Assembly: GCA_965207475.1 (NCBI GenBank)
Contig: OZ242278.1
Location: forward strand, 264,320 to 328,319
Direction of reading: 5' to 3'
Source of the DNA: Gammaproteobacteria bacterium
GTDB lineage: Bacteria > Pseudomonadota > Gammaproteobacteria > UBA4575
DNA length: 64,000 bases
Positions within the stretch are counted from its first letter, which is position 1. Each line of letters begins with the position of its first letter. Below are positions 1 to 9,033 of this stretch, in pieces. The notes below the pieces were generated by a model. The model had not been told where the DNA came from and searched no databases. It worked only from the letters and a program-made list of their open reading frames with translations. The translations under genes and the position numbers were made by a program.

Positions 1-254
1 CATCTTGAATTGAAAGCAGTATCTTGCATGATTGTAGCAGGACTGCGGCATGATCTGAATCAGCTACAGCCAAGGCCCTGTTGCTTTATACTGCAAAAGT
101 TGTACGCCCAAGGACAGATTGATTCGAAGCTCGGATCCGATTAATTTTTTCAACATAAACTGTTTCGATTTACAATTGTTACCCGAGGTTACCACCCGAT
201 GCATAATTGGTAGCCTTCAGATTCCTTTATCGATGCATACTCCAGGAGGAAGGT

Positions 255-1364
255 ATGGCAGTAACACGGCATTCAGCCCTGGAATCTCGGCACCGGAAGC
301 TAGGTTCACCACTTGGCGAGTGGAATGGAATGGATGTGCCCTGGGAATACAGCCAGGATGTGAAGGATGAGCATCTTGCTGTACGTAATTCTGCAGGCCT
401 GTTTGATGTTTCAGGTCTCAAAAAGGTGCATGTGGTGGGCCCTGACTCACTTGAAGTCGTTGATCACGTCTGCACACGCGACATGTCGACTGTATACCCT
501 GGCCGGTCAACCTACGCCCTTATTTTGAATGAGGAGGGCTGTATTACCGATGACTGCATCATGTTTCATTTGTGCCCCAACCACGTCATGATGGTTCACG
601 GTGCCGGAACAGGCATGGAACAGCTGCAGAAGTCTGCGCAGGGCAGGGACGTCACGGTTGTTTTCGACGATGATCTGCATGACATCTCATTGCAGGGACC
701 CAAGGCGATGGACTTTCTTGATCAGCATACAAATGCTGATATACAAAACTTGAAGTATTTCCACCAAGTTTCAGCTGTCTTGTTTGGCCACCAGTGCCTG
801 ATCTCGCGTACGGCCTACTCTGGTGAACGTGGTTACGAAATATTTGCCAAGGCCAGCAGCATTGGTCCAATCTGGGACGCCATCCTTGAAAATGGCAGCG
901 CGATAGGGATATTACCCTGCTCATTTAATTGCATTGATGCAATCCGGGTAGAAGTTGCATTATTGTTTTACCCGTATGACATGATGGAAAACAATACACC
1001 TTGGGAAGTCGGCCTGGGATTTGCGGTAAGCAAGAAAAAAGTGGCTGACTATCGCGGCAAAGAGGCGGTGATGCAATCCGTGGGCAAGGAAAAAATCAGG
1101 ACATTCGGCATCATTGCTGATTGTGATACGGCCGTGGACCCAGATGCAGAGGTTTTTCTGGATGGTCAGAAAGTTGGTGTGATTACTGCTCCTGTATTTT
1201 CCCCGGTTCTCAAAAAATCTATAGCCATGGCCCAGCTTCGTCCAGACCTTGCTCAAAGCGGAATTCGCCTTGAAATCAGCGGCAGAAATGTTTCATGCGC
1301 TGCGATCACTTCAGAAATTCCTTTTCTCGACCCAGCCAAGAAAAAAAGAACTGCTGTTAATTGA
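255..1364 (+). CDS. Aminomethyltransferase (GcvT/glycine-cleavage T-protein family)
   Basis: Carries the N-terminal GcvT motif AVRNSAGLFDVSGLKKVHVVGPD and spans the full-length family fold (about 370 aa). I chose ATG 255 rather than the ORF start at 207 because AGGAGGA lies at 244-250. It may be a DmdA-like paralogue rather than true GcvT. Confidence 0.7.
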   Translation: MAVTRHSALESRHRKLGSPLGEWNGMDVPWEYSQDVKDEHLAVRNSAGLFDVSGLKKVHVVGPDSLEVVDHVCTRDMSTVYPGRSTYALILNEEGCITDDCIMFHLCPNHVMMVHGAGTGMEQLQKSAQGRDVTVVFDDDLHDISLQGPKAMDFLDQHTNADIQNLKYFHQVSAVLFGHQCLISRTAYSGERGYEIFAKASSIGPIWDAILENGSAIGILPCSFNCIDAIRVEVALLFYPYDMMENNTPWEVGLGFAVSKKKVADYRGKEAVMQSVGKEKIRTFGIIADCDTAVDPDAEVFLDGQKVGVITAPVFSPVLKKSIAMAQLRPDLAQSGIRLEISGRNVSCAAITSEIPFLDPAKKKRTAVN

Positions 1365-1445
1365 TTTTGCGGGATCATTGTCATACACGGTTAAAAGGAT
1401 TTTGCACACATACTGCTGCTCATACCAGACATAGAGAGTGATGTA

Positions 1446-2165
1446 GTGAATCCCATACGAATTTTCAGGCACGATAGCTGGGTTGGAGCAGGGCACTTTA
1501 TTAGAACTCTAGAACGGAACAAGTTCAGCTATGAACTAGTCGCCATCGACCAAGGCGAGCCTGTCCTTGCTGACATTGACAATGTCAGTGGACTTGCATT
1601 TCTCGGAGGAACCATGAGCGTGAATGACACATACCCATGGATATCTGAAGAATTAAACCTTATATGCCGCGCAGCCGAAAAAAACCTTCCAATAATAGGC
1701 CATTGCTTTGGTGCTCAATTGATAAGCAAAGCTCTGGGTGGAAACATCAGCACTATGCCCAAGAAAGAAATAGGGTGGCACGCCATCGAGTTTCTGGATA
1801 ATGAAATCTGCAAGCAGTGGTTTTCACGACTGCCTAAAACTCTGGATGTGCTGCTTTGGCATGAAGATGCCATGACAATCCCAAGTGGAGCCACGCCTCT
1901 CTACACCACTGTTCATAATACGAATCAGGCTTTTACCATCGACAACATCATTGCCACCATCCCTCATCTGGAAGTGACCGCAAACATGCTCAACGACTGG
2001 CTTGAGGTCTATGGGTATGACCTGGTACCGCTCTCAGACAGCGTGCAAAGCGAGGCAGAAATCAGCAGGGACCTTGTGCAGCGTATAAGTTCGATGCATC
2101 AACTAGCTGATGTCATATACGACCAGTGGCTAAGCATGCTTGATGCTGACCAGAATATGCTCTAA
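1446..2165 (+). CDS. Class I glutamine amidotransferase-like protein (GATase1)
   Basis: 239 aa with a GTG start. Contains IIGHCFGAQL, the conserved nucleophile-Cys elbow of type-1 glutamine amidotransferases, and its N-terminus is typical of stand-alone GATase1 proteins. Confidence 0.6.
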   Translation: MNPIRIFRHDSWVGAGHFIRTLERNKFSYELVAIDQGEPVLADIDNVSGLAFLGGTMSVNDTYPWISEELNLICRAAEKNLPIIGHCFGAQLISKALGGNISTMPKKEIGWHAIEFLDNEICKQWFSRLPKTLDVLLWHEDAMTIPSGATPLYTTVHNTNQAFTIDNIIATIPHLEVTANMLNDWLEVYGYDLVPLSDSVQSEAEISRDLVQRISSMHQLADVIYDQWLSMLDADQNML

Positions 2166-2696
2166 TTCAACCAGATAAAATATATTCTTAAATATACTTA
2201 TCACCCTGTTAGTTGAATCGTATTGCATGCAAGCCTGTATTCCCTTTAACCTTCTTGCTGGTCCGTTCTGTTGTTTTATTTAATTTAACATAATATACAT
2301 TATACGCAATCATAGATTAGCCAAGAACCCAGACCCAGGCGACCTCACGAATCCATTTAGTCAACAGGCTCTCTCCTGTCTAAATAAAAAAATGTGATTT
2401 ACAGGATCAGCAGCGCTGTTCAGCTGTTTCTGCTTCCAAAGATAATGGAGCATGTCTGTAACCTCTCAGTTCACGCACAGTGCCTCGCATTATCGTTCCC
2501 ACACATATTCTGACCTGTTTGCGGGATACACTGTTTTGACCAAATGACTGATGCAGAAATTGCACAGAGCACGCCTTTTAATATTCCAGTGCCATAGCAC
2601 TAAGCAATATACGCATTCAAATATTTTATTTCCCAAACTAATAAAATATATTAGAATATAATTATATTGTTAATTACATTTAATGGGGATCCTACA

Positions 2697-3284
2697 ATGA
2701 ACTTATCAAAACTTGCCTATCCGATTATCGCTGGGCTTTTAGTGCTTCTGATAACACCTGCTTTCGGTGACCTGGCCAAAACTGGCGATACGGCTCAAAA
2801 CCAGTCAGCTGATTGCACGGTACATCCTGTTTTCACTGATCCTGAAGCAATGGCTGCTGCAATGACTAATCCGGTCAAATTCAATGAATTGATGGTTGCG
2901 ATCAATCACCCAGCCACTACTCAAGCACTTATGAACTGCTCTATTGATCCAAAGCAATGGGAGGCCTGGATGATGAGTTTCAGCGACCCTGCCAAGTTGA
3001 CGAATGCAATGGCACAGTTCATGAACCCCCAGACATATGTTAATTGGATGGCTGCTCCCATGAACCCGCAGTCATACCAGTTTATGTATGCGTATATGAA
3101 CCCGGCATTTTATATGCAGTGGATGACTGCTCTGATGAACCCGCAGTATTACCAGCCTCTGTATAAAACTATGGACTTCAACCAAGAAGGCACTGCGTGG
3201 ATGTTTAACCCAAGCACTTATCAAAATATGTTTAGCTCTTTCTATACCCCTTCTGTAGCAGAAGCCACAGTAGACAAAAACTAA
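2697..3284 (+). CDS. Secreted Met/Tyr-rich repeat protein ((M/F)NPxxY repeats)
   Basis: Start taken at ATG 2697 (GGGGA RBS upstream), giving a Sec-type signal peptide MNLSKLAYPIIAGLLVLLITPAFG. The mature part has at least five copies of a 12-13-aa repeat: FMNPQTY..., MNPQSY..., MNPAFY..., MNPQYY..., FNPSTY. Low-complexity but clearly periodic. Confidence 0.6.
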   Translation: MNLSKLAYPIIAGLLVLLITPAFGDLAKTGDTAQNQSADCTVHPVFTDPEAMAAAMTNPVKFNELMVAINHPATTQALMNCSIDPKQWEAWMMSFSDPAKLTNAMAQFMNPQTYVNWMAAPMNPQSYQFMYAYMNPAFYMQWMTALMNPQYYQPLYKTMDFNQEGTAWMFNPSTYQNMFSSFYTPSVAEATVDKN

Positions 3285-3362
3285 TCAAGCGAAATTGTTC
3301 AGTTTCGCAGGATGCCCCAAGGTATAACTGACTCTCAGGAACTGGAGTAGAAGGTATACCCC

Positions 3363-3399
3363 AAAAAAAAGCCTCGGTTGAAAGACCGGGGCTTTTCTT
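3363..3399. terminator. Bidirectional Rho-independent terminator between convergent genes
   Basis: An A-tract (3363-3370), an 8-bp stem (gcctcggt / accggggc, with one G:U pair), loop tgaaag, then cttttctt. It sits between the convergent ORFs ending at 3284 and 3466. Confidence 0.6.
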
Positions 3400-3465
3400 A
3401 ATTCAGCTACTCTTGGACTGGACTTTTCTGCCCACACCGGTTCACAGCTGATCCTTGAATGAAGC

Positions 3466-3852
3466 TTACAATGCCAACGGGAATGCGTTCTTCGTAAATG
3501 CAACGGCCATGATGTAGGCATAGGTTATCAGTGCAAGACACCAGGCCGAGGCTCTCACTCTCCTAGATTTTCCGCGTTTTAAAGCAATGACACCCAGCAC
3601 GATATATACCAACAGCCCGATAATCTTGGCGTTCAGCCATGTAGCTGGACCAAGATACTGAACCGTGATGAACACCAACGCGATCGCAGTGAGCAACAGT
3701 ATCGTATCATTTATATGTGGAACTATTTTTACCCAGCGCTGCTGTAATCTTTCTGACGATTGCAGCATCCAGACCCCGCGAACAAAAAATCCGGCAATCG
3801 ATAGGCATGCAGTGCCTACATGGACAGCGTACAGAACAACATAGGTAGCCAT
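3466..3852 (-). CDS. SirB2/YchQ-family small inner-membrane protein
   Basis: 128 aa with four predicted TM segments. LQQRWVKIVPHINDTILLL matches the conserved SirB2 (invasion gene expression up-regulator) core. Confidence 0.55.
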   Translation of the reverse strand: MATYVVLYAVHVGTACLSIAGFFVRGVWMLQSSERLQQRWVKIVPHINDTILLLTAIALVFITVQYLGPATWLNAKIIGLLVYIVLGVIALKRGKSRRVRASAWCLALITYAYIMAVAFTKNAFPLAL

Positions 3853-4166
3853 ATCAGAATTCGCTTGAATATGCAGCCAGATAATCAGTCATTTATCAGC
3901 CTCTATCCATTTCAGTTCCGTACCCGTTTAGCAAAACTTGTAACACAGGCACAGTGCCGCCGGATCTAAGAAATTCTCATACAAGTCATCTAAAATAGCC
4001 ACTATTATCTACTGGCCTGGATAGTTTGAACTAAGCAATCAATCAGTTAGTACGTTAGAATATTCGTGAACTTACATAGTAAACTATCGTCAAAAATTAC
4101 AGTATGGCCTGTATTGGCTAGATGACAGATGTGTGCATTTCACATCACCAATCTCAAGGGGACGCC

Positions 4167-4619
4167 ATGGACATTTCGAAAAGAAGATTCATTCAATACC
4201 AGCTTTGCATAGGCATATTTGCCTTAAGTTCAGGCGTAATACCACGAGCCTGGGCAGGATGGCCGTCAGCAGCGTTTGATGAAACTGAATACTTGCCCGC
4301 GTTAAAAGGGCTAATCGGCGATCAGGAACTGCTTGATGGACACGTAGAGCTGAATGTGCCAGATATCGCTGAAAATGGCGCGACGGTGCCTGTAAAGATT
4401 TCAACAGACCTGGATAACGTCGAATGGATAAGTATCATGGGTGACAAGAATCCAAGACCTTGGATTTCAAGGTTTTATTTTCACGGAAAATCCAAGCCCT
4501 ATGTCTCTACACGCATCAAATTGCGTGAGACCTCGCATGTAGTTGCCATCATCAAGGCAGAAGGCAAATTATACAGCACGAAAAGTGCAGTGAGAGTTAC
4601 CGCGGGCGGTTGTGTCTAA
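4167..4619 (+). CDS. soxY: SoxY-like sulfur carrier protein (Tat-secreted)
   Basis: Start taken at ATG 4167 (RBS aagggga) rather than ORF start 4122. Has a twin-arginine signal SKRRFIQYQLCIGIFALS, a SoxY-like fold length, and C-terminal ...RVTAGGCV with the carrier cysteine near the C-terminus. The canonical motif is GGCGG, so this one is atypical. It is immediately followed by soxZ. Confidence 0.65.
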   Translation: MDISKRRFIQYQLCIGIFALSSGVIPRAWAGWPSAAFDETEYLPALKGLIGDQELLDGHVELNVPDIAENGATVPVKISTDLDNVEWISIMGDKNPRPWISRFYFHGKSKPYVSTRIKLRETSHVVAIIKAEGKLYSTKSAVRVTAGGCV

Positions 4620-4643
4620 ATTTCAAATTTAAGGATTGAGAGA

Positions 4644-4958
4644 ATGTCTCAAAAAATGAAAATCAGAGCCAAAGTGAAAAACGGAATAACCACAGTTAAG
4701 GCCATACTTTATCACCCCATGGAATCTGGAAGCAGGAAAGATCCTGACACTGGAGAGCTAGTTCCGGCTCACTTTATCAAAAATGTCCAGGCAGCATTAA
4801 ATGGAGAAGTGATCATCTCTGCAGAATGGGGAACAGGGATTTCGAAAAATCCCTACTGGTCATTTGAATTTGAAGGGGGCAATCCCGGGGATATTGTGAC
4901 GATCAGCTGGACTGACAATCTTGGAGAATCAGGTACAGGAGAAGCGGAGATCAAGTAA
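4644..4958 (+). CDS. soxZ: SoxZ sulfur-compound chelating protein
   Basis: 104 aa with the SoxZ pattern K-x-LI/LY-H-P-MESG-x-RKD...NG...NPY..FEF. RBS AAGGA lies 8 nt upstream. Confidence 0.7.
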   Translation: MSQKMKIRAKVKNGITTVKAILYHPMESGSRKDPDTGELVPAHFIKNVQAALNGEVIISAEWGTGISKNPYWSFEFEGGNPGDIVTISWTDNLGESGTGEAEIK

Positions 4959-4979
4959 GGCCGAAAAGCTGGCAATGGA

Positions 4980-6125
4980 TTAGGTTGCCTGTTTCTTCCA
5001 CGGCCTGAGCAGTTCCAGCAATGACGTGGCCAATGCAGTAAAGAATCCTTTCTCATCCAAGATGTGGTACTGAACTTTCATTGTAAGCGCACTGCCAAAA
5101 ATAATTGAACCCAGGGCAAGAATTGACCCCATCGCCAATGTAGACATTCCAGTCACCCCCTGCCCTATCGTGCACCCGAATGAAAGCACGCCACCGAACC
5201 CCATCAAAACTGCGCCAATCAAATGGCTGGTCATCTCAGACTTGTTGCTGAATGTTTCAATCCTGAATGACCTTGATACAAGGGCATAGAGAAAGGAACC
5301 AGTAATCATCCCAAACGCAATCGCTATGCCAAAATTGATCTGAGCGCCTGTAAAAGTCATGAGATAGCTGATTGCATTTCCTGTTGGACCGATAAAGGCC
5401 ATGCCCTGGGGCATGACCGGTTCAAAGTCATCCTGGCCTACATAGCCGGTTACATACCATGCCGCAACCACGCATACGCCGATTATGACCCCTGCAAGAA
5501 TATTGTCGAAACTTCTGCGGAATTCCTTGTGTATAAAGGCATAGGTTATGAAACCTCCAGCCAGTACTACACCGATGATTACCCTCAGCCAAGCTGTATC
5601 CTCGAGGTTCAGAAGCGATCCCAGGTAGCTGATCAGGCTTTGGTCGTTTATGCCCTGGTTCGTAAGATCAGCATTGACAGCATAAATCCAGTTCAAACGC
5701 ACGATCGCCAACAGGCCTCGCATGGTCATATAGGCGGTTATGCCCAGCACTATAATCACGACGAGTGCCTTTAAGTTTCCACCACCGAGTCGAATTAAAT
5801 TCCGTTGCCCACAGCCTGCCGCCAATGTCATGCCAATTCCAAATAGAATTCCTCCAAGGATATAGCTGAGGATGTAAAAATTAGGTGAGAGATAGATTGA
5901 CGCATTCAGGTCCACGAGTCCCTGGAAAAACAAGAACTGTGCCCCAAGTATTGCTACACCAATTGCCAGGAACCAGGCTCCTAAACGGCCTTTTGACCCC
6001 ATGTTGATCACGTCACTGATCGCACCCATTGAACAAAAGTGAGTTTTGTTTCCAATAAAGCCAAATACAGCGGCTATGATGAAGCCAAGTATTGCTACCA
6101 GATGAAGGTTAGAAAATTCTTCCAT
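4980..6125 (-). CDS. yeeE: YeeE/YedE family thiosulfate-uptake protein (TsuA-like)
   Basis: 381 aa polytopic membrane protein. It has the two sulfur-transport-domain signature cysteines in AAGCGQRN and SFGCTIGQG. RBS aggaacgaggtg lies upstream of ATG 6125. Confidence 0.75.
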   Translation of the reverse strand: MEEFSNLHLVAILGFIIAAVFGFIGNKTHFCSMGAISDVINMGSKGRLGAWFLAIGVAILGAQFLFFQGLVDLNASIYLSPNFYILSYILGGILFGIGMTLAAGCGQRNLIRLGGGNLKALVVIIVLGITAYMTMRGLLAIVRLNWIYAVNADLTNQGINDQSLISYLGSLLNLEDTAWLRVIIGVVLAGGFITYAFIHKEFRRSFDNILAGVIIGVCVVAAWYVTGYVGQDDFEPVMPQGMAFIGPTGNAISYLMTFTGAQINFGIAIAFGMITGSFLYALVSRSFRIETFSNKSEMTSHLIGAVLMGFGGVLSFGCTIGQGVTGMSTLAMGSILALGSIIFGSALTMKVQYHILDEKGFFTALATSLLELLRPWKKQAT

Positions 6126-6440
6126 GTCACCTCGTTCCTACGGGATCAGGGGGCTAAATTATACAATGTAGATAACTTAAATTCACCAGAATGCCAATCC
6201 ATATAGCGAGCAATTATATCCCTGAATATTTTTGAATTTTCAGAATTGAAAGTACATGAGAAATATATCCTAAGGCCTGAATATCTCTTGAGTAATTTGA
6301 AAGCAGAAGAGCATTTCGAGTGTCTGCCTGCGTAGATTAAGGTTCTTCAAAAAGATTTTACAATAGTGTTCGTAACACCGCATGCCCATCCCAAATGCAA
6401 GTTCGCATATCTGTTGGGATGAGCACACCAGGTAATGTTA

Positions 6441-7121
6441 TTACTCAGTCTTGGACCCAGAATTAGGAAGGAAATTTTTCATCATGTCTGTCCATTGATC
6501 GTACCACTGCTTATGCTGTTCAGTATCCATTTGCGGGCTTCCGGGAGACTGCGGTGATTGTCCTCCATAGCTAGGCATTGGGGGCATCATACCCATAGGG
6601 TTCATCATCGGATTTCCCATCATGGGATTCATCATGTTCATGTACATTGCAGGATTCATCATGGATCCCATCATCGGTCCCATCATCGGTCCCATCATTC
6701 CCATCATCGGATACATCATGTTCATGTACATCGCAGGATTCATCATCCCGCCAAAGGAACCCATATAGGTATTTGGATTCATTATGGAAGTCATCGCGTG
6801 AGGATTCATCATTGCCTTGTAGGGTTGCCACATCATATCCAGCATAGGCCCGAAGCTGGCATGGTACTCAGCTATATCCTGGGGTTCATGACATAGCGCG
6901 CAAGCATCTAGAGACGATGAATTTTGAGGGTTCATCATGATCGCCATCATCTGCATCCATACGTTGGGGTCCATGGAGTGTTGCATTGCCTTCGACGTGC
7001 CTAATGGAGCAGGATCTGCTTGCGGGGTTGGTGTTTCCTCAGCATGTAAGCCGATGACGCAAGCAGTAAGTAGGCAACTAGCAATCAATACCCATCGAAG
7101 CAGTCTATTATTAAATAACAT
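6441..7121 (-). CDS. Secreted, extremely methionine-rich protein with a CxxCH haem-binding motif
   Basis: Signal peptide MLFNNRLLRWVLIASCLLTAC. The mature part is roughly one-quarter Met, with at least seven MMNP repeats and MGPMMGPMMG tracts. A single CALCH (CxxCH) motif is followed by a Met-rich block. RBS AGAAGGGAA lies upstream of ATG 7121. Confidence 0.6.
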   Translation of the reverse strand: MLFNNRLLRWVLIASCLLTACVIGLHAEETPTPQADPAPLGTSKAMQHSMDPNVWMQMMAIMMNPQNSSSLDACALCHEPQDIAEYHASFGPMLDMMWQPYKAMMNPHAMTSIMNPNTYMGSFGGMMNPAMYMNMMYPMMGMMGPMMGPMMGSMMNPAMYMNMMNPMMGNPMMNPMGMMPPMPSYGGQSPQSPGSPQMDTEQHKQWYDQWTDMMKNFLPNSGSKTE

Positions 7122-7160
7122 TTAAATTCCCTTCTGGTTAATAGGTTTACAAACGTATTC

Positions 7161-8258
7161 TCAAAACTCGCCTGTTGCAGCGCCTTCCATAATGTAAGTC
7201 ATTGCCTCGCGAATTCTGATCGCATCCTGACGCAAATCTTTAGCCAAATGCGAGTTCGGATTTTGAGCAAAATCAAGCCATTCGATACTCCAGTCCATGG
7301 TCATGACCCACAGCTTGCCCTCACCATCCTCAATCAATGAAATCTGGCACGGCAGGAATATAACAAATTCTGGAATTTCGTCTAAGATTTTTCGAGCAAC
7401 TGCCGCATCACAGAAACGAAACATCTCGACCTTGGCAGAAGGTTTTTCCGTGACTGCTTCAATTTCTTTCCACAGTGGGCTCGAACCAACAAACTTGAAG
7501 TTCAGCTCATTCGCACGGAGCTTCATGGCCTCCACAGCATCATCCCAGGAGACGTCTTCCTGAACAGGCATCTTGTCAGTCATGATACTGATCATGTCAC
7601 GCATGGAAAGCGGACTGAAGGCCATCGCAGTTTGAAAGGCATTCTTCTTGGCTTCACGGGACACTCCGGGAGATACCTTGTTTTTCGGCCAGTTTTGATA
7701 ATTCTGGGTCGGGAAAAACGGGATTCTTACAGCCGGTAAATGCTCTGGAACTTTGCCTCCCCTGTAAGCAGAACCCGCATGGCCGAACATACCAAACAAA
7801 AGATGTGGATTCATCGAGCGCATCATCATGTCCATGGCCCATGGTTGCGTCATCATGTCCACAGGAAAGTTATACATGGTCCTCATCATTCCCATCATCG
7901 GATACATCATGCCCATGTAGGCTGCAGGGTTTAGCATAGTGAAGGGGTTAAAGAAGTTCGCAAATGAACCATGTGCCCCCGTCCATGGGTTATGCACCGA
8001 TTGAGAAGGTGCCTGCTTTGCTATTCCTTCATTAATACTGGCCCGTGAGTCTTCGGTGGACTCTGGGTTAGTATCTGTATTTGTTTTCCCGCTTGGTTCT
8101 TGACTGTCATCCATCTTTACAACAGTCTCGGTCTGGACAGAATTCTCTGCGTTGTTTTGACTAGAAAGTTCTGAACTTATTGAGGTCGTGGGCAAGACTA
8201 GTATCCCAGCCATCAAGACAACGAGCGTCCGAGTCACTTCAGCATACTTCATAAGCAT
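7161..8258 (-). CDS. Secreted protein: Met-rich repeat region fused to a C-terminal DUF302-like domain
   Basis: N-terminal signal peptide, then an S/T/N/E-rich linker. The Met-rich block (MLNPAAYMGMMYPMMGMMRTMY...MDMMMRSMNP) is homologous to the two other Met-rich proteins. The C-terminal roughly 130 aa (VSWDDAVEAMKLRANELNF...PCQISLIEDGEGKLWVM...) resembles DUF302 (PF03625). That domain call is from memory, not from a search. Confidence 0.5.
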   Translation of the reverse strand: MLMKYAEVTRTLVVLMAGILVLPTTSISSELSSQNNAENSVQTETVVKMDDSQEPSGKTNTDTNPESTEDSRASINEGIAKQAPSQSVHNPWTGAHGSFANFFNPFTMLNPAAYMGMMYPMMGMMRTMYNFPVDMMTQPWAMDMMMRSMNPHLLFGMFGHAGSAYRGGKVPEHLPAVRIPFFPTQNYQNWPKNKVSPGVSREAKKNAFQTAMAFSPLSMRDMISIMTDKMPVQEDVSWDDAVEAMKLRANELNFKFVGSSPLWKEIEAVTEKPSAKVEMFRFCDAAVARKILDEIPEFVIFLPCQISLIEDGEGKLWVMTMDWSIEWLDFAQNPNSHLAKDLRQDAIRIREAMTYIMEGAATGEF

Positions 8259-8335
8259 TAAGTCCCTGTAACACCAGATTTTTGATATAGTTTGGCAGTA
8301 TACTGCTATAGGGTTTGCTCTGTCATTAGCTCATT

Positions 8336-8896
8336 TTGCAATCAGACAACTCACAGAGGTATCTTTTGAAACTTTTACTTGCCGCCGCCCTGCTGATCAT
8401 CGGTGCAGTCTCCATGGCTGTATCCTCTGTCACATTAGAGGCTACCAACAGCACGGACTTCTGCACATCGTGCCATTCCATGCAGTGGGTACAGGAAGAA
8501 TGGATGGAAAGCATCCACTATACAAATATCTCGGGTGTACGTGCCGGCTGTTCTGACTGCCATGTTCCGCACAGCCTGGGGCCAAAGCTGTATGCCAAGA
8601 TTCGCGCCGCAAAGGATGTATGGCACGAGATCCTGGGCACCATAGATGATGAAGAAAAATTTGAAAAGCACCGGTGGCAGATGGCAAATGCCGTATGGAC
8701 ACGAATGAAAGCAAATGACTCGCGTGAGTGTCAGTCATGCCACACCATTGCTGCCATGGATCTCAAGGAACAGGACCGCTCAGCACGCAAAAAACACAAA
8801 AATGCAGAGACGCGCGGAAAAACCTGCATTGATTGCCATACTGGTGTGGCACATACACTGCCCAGAAAACCTGCAGAGGAAATTGCACTGAACTAG
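8336..8896 (+). CDS. NapC/NirT/CymA-family membrane-anchored tetrahaem cytochrome c
   Basis: Four CxxCH motifs (CTSCH, CSDCH, CQSCH, CIDCH) after one N-terminal TM helix. Length and spacing are typical of NapC/NirT quinol dehydrogenases. An alternative TTG start at 8364 follows the GAGGT RBS. Confidence 0.8.
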   Translation: MQSDNSQRYLLKLLLAAALLIIGAVSMAVSSVTLEATNSTDFCTSCHSMQWVQEEWMESIHYTNISGVRAGCSDCHVPHSLGPKLYAKIRAAKDVWHEILGTIDDEEKFEKHRWQMANAVWTRMKANDSRECQSCHTIAAMDLKEQDRSARKKHKNAETRGKTCIDCHTGVAHTLPRKPAEEIALN

Positions 8897-9033
8897 GCAA
8901 GGCGCGGGTCTAAAAGCGGCCATTCAACTGTGCTAGTATTCGTGTGCGGGGATAAAAATCACTGCAGTTGTGCTTAGATTCTAGCCGTTTGCAGAATAAC
9001 GAAGCCATGAATATCCAGTACAGGAGGATAAGA

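Noticed and set aside
6558-6896. His-rich ORFs (HHRSHHRSHH...) on the + strand at 6558-6896, and similarly 7740-7934
   Set aside because: They are exactly antisense to the Met-rich genes. ATG repeats read as CAT (His) on the other strand. There is no RBS, and they are nested entirely inside better-supported secreted-protein genes.
8968-9033. 22-codon N-terminal extension of fccA from ATG 8968
   Set aside because: The downstream ATG 9034 has a near-perfect AGGAGG RBS and yields a proper signal peptide. The extension adds a non-signal leader.
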